Shown here: piece by piece, positions 9,031-15,850 of the stretch
How the letters are laid out: each line of letters opens with the position of its first letter
How positions within the stretch are numbered: position 1 is the stretch's first letter
Source of the DNA: Planctomycetales bacterium
Lineage (GTDB): Bacteria; 4484-113; JAFGCY01
Direction of reading: 5' to 3'
NCBI GenBank assembly: GCA_022646745.1
Contig: CP060262.1
Coordinates: 3,810,001 to 3,842,000 of the forward strand
DNA length: 32,000 nt
The notes under the pieces: model-generated
Told to the model about the DNA's origin: nothing
The model's database searches: none
What the model saw: only the letters and a program-made list of their open reading frames with translations
Position numbers and translations under genes: made by a program

Positions 9031-9732
9031 ATGTCAATCACGGATCTGGTTTCGGCGTTTGTGAACCTGCACAGTGCCATCAAGATCGTACTCGGAGCAG
9101 TCCCTTTCCTGATCGGTCTGTATGCCTGGGTGCGCCTGCGAATCAAGTTCCAGCGCTGCTACATCCGGCTGGTAAGGGCACTCCCCCGCTACGTCCAGTA
9201 CCTGAAGGACCGGAAAACCGCCCTGGGTGTGATGGATCACCCGCAGCAACTTCGCTTCGAGGAGGCCGAGAAACGCATCGCCATCGAGCTGAAGCTCAAC
9301 CTCCAACCTTCGATGACAAGCTGGTGGAGTTACCTGAACCCCGGTCAGCGAGACTACCTGTCCTTGGCAATCCGGCAGCTGGAGAGCAGCACATTCTGCA
9401 TTTTCGCGGATGACCTGCTGCAGCGCCTGATCCTCGTACTGGACACCATGACCGACTATGAGAATCTGCGTCGTCAGTCCCGCTGGACGTTGGATGCAAT
9501 GGAGCATTCCCGGCAGCGAGAAAAGTTGCGCAAGCAACTGGAAGAGGACTTTTCCAAGCTGGACCGCCACATTCGCCTGATACAGAAGTATCTGGCCGGT
9601 CAGCTGGACGTGGATATCTGTCCTGCCATCGAGGCAGGGATGTTTAGGAGCTTGCTGGACGAAAAGTACAGCGCATATGAAGCGCTGAGCAGAGAGGATA
9701 TAGAGTTGGCAACGATGGAAGTTGCCAACTAG
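9031..9732 (+). CDS. hypothetical protein, N-terminal TM helix plus helical/coiled-coil body
   Basis: AGGAG lies 8 nt upstream of the ATG. TM segment IKIVLGAVPFLIGLYAWVRL; the rest is charged and helical. The fully overlapping antisense ORF (9034-9777) looks like a shadow ORF. Confidence 0.6.
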   Translation: MSITDLVSAFVNLHSAIKIVLGAVPFLIGLYAWVRLRIKFQRCYIRLVRALPRYVQYLKDRKTALGVMDHPQQLRFEEAEKRIAIELKLNLQPSMTSWWSYLNPGQRDYLSLAIRQLESSTFCIFADDLLQRLILVLDTMTDYENLRRQSRWTLDAMEHSRQREKLRKQLEEDFSKLDRHIRLIQKYLAGQLDVDICPAIEAGMFRSLLDEKYSAYEALSREDIELATMEVAN

Positions 9733-9904
9733 GGATTTAGGTTTAGTTGGTATGTTTAGAAGTAGAATCCCGCGCACAGTCGAACTGAATCCGCCGACCC
9801 TTACGACCGCTCCCCGAGCGGCTGGAGGGGCGGAGTCGGGTTCATTTTGGATGGGAGCAACAGCCTGTTTACACAGTCTGGAAGCGGGTTTACGTGAAGC
9901 ACTG

Positions 9905-9978
9905 CCTATTCCTAGCCTAAGAATACCCTTAGGAATAGGTAAACCAGGACGGAATCAGGTCCTCAGAGGCCGTCCTGG
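9905..9978. other. two adjacent strong hairpins in a ~470-bp non-coding stretch next to the left inverted repeat
   Basis: Hairpin A: CCTATTCCTA (9905-9914) pairs with TAGGAATAGG (9930-9939), 15-nt loop. Hairpin B: CCAGGACGG (9944-9952) pairs with CCGTCCTGG (9970-9978), 17-nt loop. Confidence 0.5.
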
Positions 9979-10198
9979 GACCACTACGAACCGGAGAATT
10001 CTAGGTGAGTGTACTGAGACTAGCAGGTGCATGCATGATGTCCACGTAGGCAAGAGGTTCAAGTTTCCTCTCGTCCGCCATGGTCTCGTGGAAGGCACAG
10101 ATACGAGCCATCAGAAGCAGTTGAATGACAAGGGAGTTGACTTTCTACATGTCATTCATGCTATCCTCGAAATAGGTTCGAAGCTCGTGGAGCAAGGC

Positions 10199-10286
10199 CC
10201 ACCAATCGGAACTTTGGCCGCGCTCCGCGAGGAGCGCGTAAGGCAGATTCCAGTCCCAGAGCAGAATTCGGGAATTCAATTTCAGG
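10199..10286. repeat. left copy of perfect 88-bp inverted repeat (IR-L)
   Basis: By hand alignment, ccaccaatcggaactttggccgcgctccgcgaggagcgcgtaaggcagattccagtcccagagcagaattcgggaattcaatttcagg is the exact reverse complement of 12618-12705. Confidence 0.95.
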
Positions 10287-10330
10287 ATTGGGGGATGCCT
10301 GAGCGTTGTCAGGTATTAATTTCTGAATGT

Positions 10331-11182
10331 ATGCAGTTACGAATCTTTGACGTAGAGCACGGCGATAGCATCTTGATTCTGAGTAACAAGAATGAGGCTG
10401 TTTTGGTGGATTGCGGTTGGAACCATACAACCGGATGGAGAGTATCTGATGGATTGGCAAAGCAGGGCTTTGGAATACGCAGGAAACTTCATCACGTCAT
10501 CATCACTCATCCGGATCAGGATCATGTAGCCGACCTGCCTAATGTGCTTGAGAAGCTCAAGCCAGTCCACGTTTGGCAACACCCTCAGTTGTATCTCAAG
10601 AACATCTCTGAGCTGAAGGCGACACTGAGTCAGGCGCAAAGTGCATACCTGGCCAGTCGCAAGTCCACAGCAGAGCTACAGCCTAGAGAAGCCTCCAGAC
10701 AGTTCAGGACTATGGAACTCCACCAGTTCTACCTGCCGGTTGGTTCGGTCAGGGATGTTAACGACCTGTCACTGGTGACCTTCCTCAAGGAAGATGGCTT
10801 TACCGTCTGTCTGCCGGGGGATCTGAACGCCCGTGGCTGGCGTCTGCACCTACAGAACAAGGCATTCCAGTATTGGCTTCGAGAGACAAACCTGTTCTTT
10901 GCCTCACATCATGGCCGGATGTCCGGCTATCTCGACAAGGTGTTTGAATACCTCTCACCTAAACTGATTGCCATTTCCGATAAGGAGCAGACTAAGGGGA
11001 GGACAGTCACTCAGCGCGCGCCATACACTGACCACTCCAGAGGCGTGAAGATGAAGGATGGCAGCTTTAGGCGCGTCCTGACAACTCGCGGGGATGGCAG
11101 AATTAAGATAGTCGTCAAAGATGGCAACTGGGAGATCAGCACATCACGAATGGAATCCACAAACAAGGGAGGACAGAGATGA
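10331..11182 (+). CDS. MBL-fold metallo-hydrolase, ComEC/Rec2-type
   Basis: MQLRIFDVEHGDSILI...VLVDCG, then metal motif HVIITHPDQDHVADL, then LFFASHHGRMSGY (the HHGS-like motif typical of the ComEC MBL domain). The domain begins at the ATG at 10331. The listed ORF start at 9722 runs through IR-L and the hairpins and is unlikely to be coding. Confidence 0.75.
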   Translation: MQLRIFDVEHGDSILILSNKNEAVLVDCGWNHTTGWRVSDGLAKQGFGIRRKLHHVIITHPDQDHVADLPNVLEKLKPVHVWQHPQLYLKNISELKATLSQAQSAYLASRKSTAELQPREASRQFRTMELHQFYLPVGSVRDVNDLSLVTFLKEDGFTVCLPGDLNARGWRLHLQNKAFQYWLRETNLFFASHHGRMSGYLDKVFEYLSPKLIAISDKEQTKGRTVTQRAPYTDHSRGVKMKDGSFRRVLTTRGDGRIKIVVKDGNWEISTSRMESTNKGGQR

Positions 11183-12801
11183 GAACATATGATCCAAAAG
11201 ACTATGTAACAGACGCTAGTCAGCTGACTCAACAGGAGCTGAGCTATTTCATATACGTCCGTAAGTCCACCGAGGGAGATGAACGACAGGCACAAAGCAT
11301 TCCTGACCAGCTCAAGATTGCCAAGCGGAAGGCTGCTGAGATGGGCCTGAAAGTCGTTGACACCTTCACTGAGAGCAAGAGTGCCAGAAAGCCAGGCAGA
11401 CCAATCTTTATGGAGATGCTGGAGCGCATCCGCAAGGGTGAGGCCAATGGCATTCTGGCATGGCATCCGGACAGGCTGGCTAGAAATGCAGCTGACGGTG
11501 GACAGATTATTGAGCTTCTGGATAGCGGACAGTTGCGAACACTGGAGTTTGCCAACTTCTGGTTTGAGAACACCAGTCAGGGCAAGATGAATCTTGGTCT
11601 GGCTTTCGTACAGTCCAAGTACTACACCGACAACCTCAGTGAAAATGTGTTTCGCGGATTGCAGTCCAAAGCGGATCGGGGCATTTACCCCAATGGTTCC
11701 AAGCGTGGATATCTGACTCATCCCAAGACCAAGTCCCCTGTCCCCGACCCAGAGACATTTCGCCATGTACGGACAGCATATGAGTTGTATTCCACCGGAA
11801 GATACAGCCTGCGTAGTCTGAGCGAGAAGCTGCACAAATTGGGTTTTAGGAACCTCTCCGGTGGCTTACTTGCTAAACGACAAATAGTTGACCTGCTGAC
11901 TGACCCCTTTTACTACGGGGCGTTTGTGTGGAACCGGGAGCTGTATGAAGGCATCCATGATCCAGCTGTATCCAAGGAGCTGTGGGACAAGGTGCAACTG
12001 GTATACATAGACAAGAGCAAACCACAGTCCAAATGGAAGCATCAGTTTCCATTTTGTGGCCTGATGCATTGTGCTGAATGTGGCAGCTCCATTACAGCTG
12101 AACAGCAGACCAAACGGCAGAAGAATGGCAATGTCCATGAGTATGTCTACTACCGTTGCACGAAGAAGAATCACCGTCAGGAGAAGTGTAAGCAACCATT
12201 TGTACGAGATGTGAAGCTGGTGGAGCAGCTTCATTCCATGCTAGGAAGAATATCCCTCCCTGATGAAATGGCAATCTCGATGCTGGAACAGCTGGACAAG
12301 TGGGAATCAGAAGTTGCCAATACCAGTTCCACTGAATTGGATCTTGAGTTGGAAAAGATCACAGCGAAGCTGTGCAGACTTAATGACTTGTTTGTGGATG
12401 GGGAATTAGATCGGGCTGACTATGCAGCCCGCAAGCGCAAGCTGATTGAGAAAAAGATCGCTCTATCAGAGCGCGTGAGTGCCATGCAGTCCAATGGCCA
12501 CTTGGCATGGCTCGAACCTCTCAGGGAGTTCCTGAACACAGTCTGGGAGCGAAATCTCCACGCTGTGGGTGCTGATCTGAATGAACTCCGCAATCATGTT
12601 GCGGAGGTTGGCTCGAACCTGAAATTGAATTCCCGAATTCTGCTCTGGGACTGGAATCTGCCTTACGCGCTCCTCGCGGAGCGCGGCCAAAGTTCCGATT
12701 GGTGGAGGGAACGTGGGCTATGGGGAGAGCATGACACTAGGCTATCAGGATTGGGATTCCAGTTGTTTCCTTGGATTTCATCAGCCAGGAATCACAGTTG
12801 A
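11179..12801 (+). CDS. large serine recombinase (resolvase/invertase N-domain + recombinase domain + zinc ribbon + coiled coil)
   Basis: N-terminal catalytic region YIYVRKSTEGDERQAQSIPDQ and GILAWHPDRLARN. Zinc ribbon CGLMHCAECGSS...YVYYRCTKK. Coiled coil LDLELEKITAKLCRLNDLFVDGELDRADYAARKRKLIEKK. The ATG overlaps the MBL stop (ATGA at 11179-11182). The last 60 codons span IR-R. Confidence 0.9.
   Translation: MRTYDPKDYVTDASQLTQQELSYFIYVRKSTEGDERQAQSIPDQLKIAKRKAAEMGLKVVDTFTESKSARKPGRPIFMEMLERIRKGEANGILAWHPDRLARNAADGGQIIELLDSGQLRTLEFANFWFENTSQGKMNLGLAFVQSKYYTDNLSENVFRGLQSKADRGIYPNGSKRGYLTHPKTKSPVPDPETFRHVRTAYELYSTGRYSLRSLSEKLHKLGFRNLSGGLLAKRQIVDLLTDPFYYGAFVWNRELYEGIHDPAVSKELWDKVQLVYIDKSKPQSKWKHQFPFCGLMHCAECGSSITAEQQTKRQKNGNVHEYVYYRCTKKNHRQEKCKQPFVRDVKLVEQLHSMLGRISLPDEMAISMLEQLDKWESEVANTSSTELDLELEKITAKLCRLNDLFVDGELDRADYAARKRKLIEKKIALSERVSAMQSNGHLAWLEPLREFLNTVWERNLHAVGADLNELRNHVAEVGSNLKLNSRILLWDWNLPYALLAERGQSSDWWRERGLWGEHDTRLSGLGFQLFPWISSARNHS
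12618..12705. repeat. right copy of perfect 88-bp inverted repeat (IR-R), inside the recombinase 3' end
   Basis: Exact reverse complement of 10199-10286. It ends on a recombinase codon boundary (TGG 12703-12705). Confidence 0.95.
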
Positions 12802-12906
12802 ACCTAGCGGATACTTGATCCAATCATTCATCCGGAAATCCATTGAATGCTGTAGGCCGAAAATCACATACAAAGGCCATGCCGTTATTGCCATGTCCTC
12901 CAGTTC

Positions 12907-13626
12907 CTATCCGGCAGGAGCAGCACCCTGTTCAGAAAGTCGCAGCATTTGCGGAAACAGAAGATTGTTCTCCAAATGCACGTGAAGATGGGTGTCTCGC
13001 TCGAGATTCTCCAACCTTGAGATAAGAGCCTGCTGCTTGCGACACATCCCTTCTCCTGCAACATAACCCCTGTGGATCGAACGCATCTCCGACAGCATCT
13101 GCCCGATAGATTCGTGTTCCTCAACGTAACCATCCAGCAGGACATTGACTGCGGATCTGATTTCATTCGTGGACCCTTCCATGATTGGACCGCACAGGGG
13201 GAAGAGCACCTGCTCCTCGTTTCGCATGTGATTTTCCATTTCCCCACGCAGTGCCCTGAACAACTCCAGTGACTTCATGAGTTGGGGCTGCTGGGCCGCA
13301 TGATGGCTGCAGACATGGACATGCAGTTCATCCAGGCGGGGCAATTCCTCCCACAGGAAAGCATGGTGTGTCCCGAGGATATGACCTGCCAGCCTCACCA
13401 GACCGGCATTCTGCAGGTCTATTCCATCGTCTGATGATTCTTCATCACACGCTGACAGAGCAGTCAGGATTTCGTCAGGGTCGATGCCACCCCTCTCGCA
13501 GACCTCACGCAGAGGAACATTGCCACCACAGCAGTAGTCAATGCCGTAGCTCTCAAAGACCCTGGTTCGGGCCATGTTCTCAGTTGCCATTTCCGCTACT
13601 GTCCGCCCGGAATCAAGTGTTTTCAT
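12907..13626 (-). CDS. ric: iron-sulfur cluster repair di-iron protein (RIC; YtfE/ScdA/DnrN family)
   Basis: ScdA_N-type N-terminus VFESYGIDYCCGGNVPLREVCE, followed by hemerythrin-like His/Glu repeats (HILGTHHAFLWEELP; EMENHMRNEEQVLFP; YVEEHESIGQML; THLHVHLENNLLFP). ATG at 13626 with GGAAGGA upstream; the longer listed ORF start (13749) overlaps nosY. Confidence 0.85.
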   Translation of the reverse strand: MKTLDSGRTVAEMATENMARTRVFESYGIDYCCGGNVPLREVCERGGIDPDEILTALSACDEESSDDGIDLQNAGLVRLAGHILGTHHAFLWEELPRLDELHVHVCSHHAAQQPQLMKSLELFRALRGEMENHMRNEEQVLFPLCGPIMEGSTNEIRSAVNVLLDGYVEEHESIGQMLSEMRSIHRGYVAGEGMCRKQQALISRLENLERDTHLHVHLENNLLFPQMLRLSEQGAAPAG

Positions 13627-13648
13627 GTCAGTCCTTCCTACGAGTGAT

Positions 13649-14488
13649 TTAAATATCCTGGCGGCGCAGCAGCAGGGCCGCCAGCCAGCCAGGCAGCACA
13701 ATCCAGCCTGCAAGTGCAGCGCCAAGAAGCAAGAGTGCCTCACTGACACCGCCCAGAGACCTCACCAGCAGCACGCCAGCAGCACCGAACATCTCCTTGC
13801 CTACAGTCGCCAGCAATGTGGATATCCGTGTGGCATCCACCGGGTTCAGGAACAGGCTGATGTAACTCACGCGGTTGGCAACTCCCTCCGGCAGGAGGAA
13901 CCCAAGCCCGATTATGCCAAGGTCATACAGCAGCACCATCACAAACCATGCGATCAGGACCACTCCGTAGCTTCGGTGCGAGCGCTGCATGGCGATTGTC
14001 AGCAAAGCCGCGATGGAGCAGAAGGAGCATGCGATCGCCAGGCTGTACCCCACCAGCACCAGGTAGCTGCCCAGTCCCACGGTCCCAGTCTCCCTGGCGA
14101 TCATGACACCGGGCAGCCCGAAACCGACGAGTGTTGCCAGGCTGAGTGCGGAGCTTACACCGAACAGTTTTCCGGCCACAATCTCCGCGCGGGTGATCGG
14201 TTCTGTGAACAGCTGGTCCGTACAACCACCATCGGCGGTGAAACTCTGGACAGTCATCAGCATCGCGGCTAGTGGAACAATGTACAGGACCAGGTTCAGC
14301 AGGCTGGCAGTCGTACGCTCAAAGCCCTGGAAGCCCGTAAACTCAATGATGCTCAGGCCGAAATAACTGACCGCAGTTGTCAGGACGGTGAAGATCGCGG
14401 CATAGACGAAGATCCAGCGGTTGCGCAGTGCAATGCGCAATTCCTGGCGTGCGATTATTCCGCTGATGCGCAGGGAAATCGTGCTCAT
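13649..14488 (-). CDS. nosY: NosY, ABC-2 type permease of the Cu-processing NosDFY system
   Basis: Polytopic membrane protein directly coupled to nosL (ATGA overlap at 14485-14488), in nosDF(L)Y context. N-terminus MSTISLRISGIIARQELRIALRNRWIFVYAAIF is typical of NosY/ABC-2 permeases. Confidence 0.8.
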   Translation of the reverse strand: MSTISLRISGIIARQELRIALRNRWIFVYAAIFTVLTTAVSYFGLSIIEFTGFQGFERTTASLLNLVLYIVPLAAMLMTVQSFTADGGCTDQLFTEPITRAEIVAGKLFGVSSALSLATLVGFGLPGVMIARETGTVGLGSYLVLVGYSLAIACSFCSIAALLTIAMQRSHRSYGVVLIAWFVMVLLYDLGIIGLGFLLPEGVANRVSYISLFLNPVDATRISTLLATVGKEMFGAAGVLLVRSLGGVSEALLLLGAALAGWIVLPGWLAALLLRRQDI

Positions 14489-14931
14489 GGCTGCCACTCC
14501 AGGACCAGCTGGTCCCACTGCATGACGGTTCCAGGCCATTCCTTGCCCGCCTGCTCAGCTCCTGCCGGGCTCTCGAATGCTCCCAGCCCGTAGCTCATCG
14601 GTGAGGGCAAGTCCTTCGCATGCAGGAAATATGCCTGGTCGGCCCTGAGCCAGGCCTGGCTGTCAAAATCCACCACGAAGGCAACTGCTCCCTCCGGAAT
14701 GCCTGGATCACGGGCCATTTCAACAAGGCAGCCGATGTCATCGAAGTAGAATGCGGTCCTGTCTGTCTTGACGATCTCTGCTGCAAACCTGCGCTGTGAG
14801 ACGGCCATGCGGCAGACCTCACAACTGTCCTCATCCAGCACTATCTCAATCGGTTCCGGTGGACCCTTGCTGCATGATGCAAGAAGCAGGCAGAGCACGA
14901 GCAGGCTACTGGTGGCCCTATTCTTCTTCAT
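14485..14931 (-). CDS. nosL: NosL copper chaperone lipoprotein
   Basis: Lipoprotein signal MKKNRATSSLLVLCLLLASC. NosL-like motifs CEVCRM, FDDIGC and SPMSYGLGAF. Confidence 0.85.
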   Translation of the reverse strand: MKKNRATSSLLVLCLLLASCSKGPPEPIEIVLDEDSCEVCRMAVSQRRFAAEIVKTDRTAFYFDDIGCLVEMARDPGIPEGAVAFVVDFDSQAWLRADQAYFLHAKDLPSPMSYGLGAFESPAGAEQAGKEWPGTVMQWDQLVLEWQP

Positions 14932-15850
14932 TGTCTGCCTCCTCAGCCCCTTTCAGGTACTGCACGTAGACATCCTCCAGCGTGGGGCGCTCGGTGTCGA
15001 AGTCCAACACTGGACCAATACTGCGAAAGCGATCGAGAATCTCCATGCGTTCGGTGCCGCAGCCGGTCACGAGCACGGACTGGCAGTTAAGCGAGGCATC
15101 CAGCGCACCGGCTGCCAGGGCGGCTTCTACATGAGCCGGCTGCGGGTTGCCGACGTTGATCCGCAGTCGGGCCGTGCGGCTGAGACGACTGCGGAGCCTG
15201 GCGACCGGCTCATCTGCGACCGGGGCACCGTCAACCAGCACAATCACACGGCTGGCCAGTGCTTCAACATCAGCGAGGACATGGGTTGACAGGAGGATCG
15301 CCCGTCCATCGTCACGCCACTTTGCCGCCGTCACGCGGAAGTCAAGTGCTCCCTGTGGATCCAGATTGGCTGTCGGTTCATCAAACAGCATCAGGTCCGG
15401 ATCACCGAGACTGCTGAGCGCCAGTGCCAGGCGCTGCCGCATGCCTCCCGAGAGCTGTCCAGAAGTGCGTTCGAAGGCCGATTCCGCCAGTCCACATGCA
15501 AGCAGGGCCTTATCCGCGGAATCGCGTCCCAGTCCCCGCAGGCTGGCATGGAAAACAGCAATCTCTCGCACGGTCAGCTGGGCGGGGAATTGCGCCTGCT
15601 GGGGCAGATAACTGAATTGCCTACGTGCATCCCTGTACTGGCGCTGCAGGTCAAAGCCGTTGACACTGATGATGCCGCTGTCAGCGCGAAGCAGCCCGGC
15701 AATGCAGCGGATCGTGGTTGTCTTACCACCTCCGTTGGGGCCGAGCAGCGCAACCACCTCTCCGGGAGCCACTGCAAGGCTGACTCCGCGGACGGCCTTG
15801 ACGTCACCGTAATTCTTGTAAAGCCCGTCAACTCGCAATACGTCTGTCAT
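14918..15850 (-). CDS. nosF: NosF, ABC transporter ATP-binding protein
   Basis: Walker A GPNGGGKTTT, signature LSGGMRQRLALA, Walker B LMLFDEPTANLD. The ATG at 15850 overlaps the nosD stop (ATGA). The upstream 46 codons of the listed ORF overlap nosD and are rejected. Confidence 0.9.
   Translation of the reverse strand: MTDVLRVDGLYKNYGDVKAVRGVSLAVAPGEVVALLGPNGGGKTTTIRCIAGLLRADSGIISVNGFDLQRQYRDARRQFSYLPQQAQFPAQLTVREIAVFHASLRGLGRDSADKALLACGLAESAFERTSGQLSGGMRQRLALALSSLGDPDLMLFDEPTANLDPQGALDFRVTAAKWRDDGRAILLSTHVLADVEALASRVIVLVDGAPVADEPVARLRSRLSRTARLRINVGNPQPAHVEAALAAGALDASLNCQSVLVTGCGTERMEILDRFRSIGPVLDFDTERPTLEDVYVQYLKGAEEADNEEE

Larger units (their letters stand above)
10199..12705 (+). mobile_element. 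IR-bounded MBL hydrolase + large serine recombinase cassette (candidate invertible segment or small transposable unit)
   Basis: 88/88 inverted repeats at both ends enclose two translationally coupled genes, one of them a site-specific recombinase. Mobility or inversion is inferred, not shown. Confidence 0.5.

Noticed and set aside
9034-9777. 247-aa minus-strand ORF covering the same DNA as 9031-9732
   Set aside because: The plus-strand ORF has a good SD (AGGAG) and a protein-like sequence with a TM helix. The minus-strand translation is Leu/Gln/Val-rich shadow-like and has no ribosome-binding site.
9722-10330. 203-codon N-terminal extension of the MBL ORF (listed as 9722-11182)
   Set aside because: The extension runs through two strong hairpins and IR-L, and its translation is Arg/Gly/Pro-rich. 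MBL domains of this type begin right at the MQLRIFDVEHGD motif, so I start the CDS at 10331.
11011-11835. 274-aa minus-strand ORF
   Set aside because: It is antisense to the serine recombinase catalytic domain, whose motifs are unambiguous on the plus strand.
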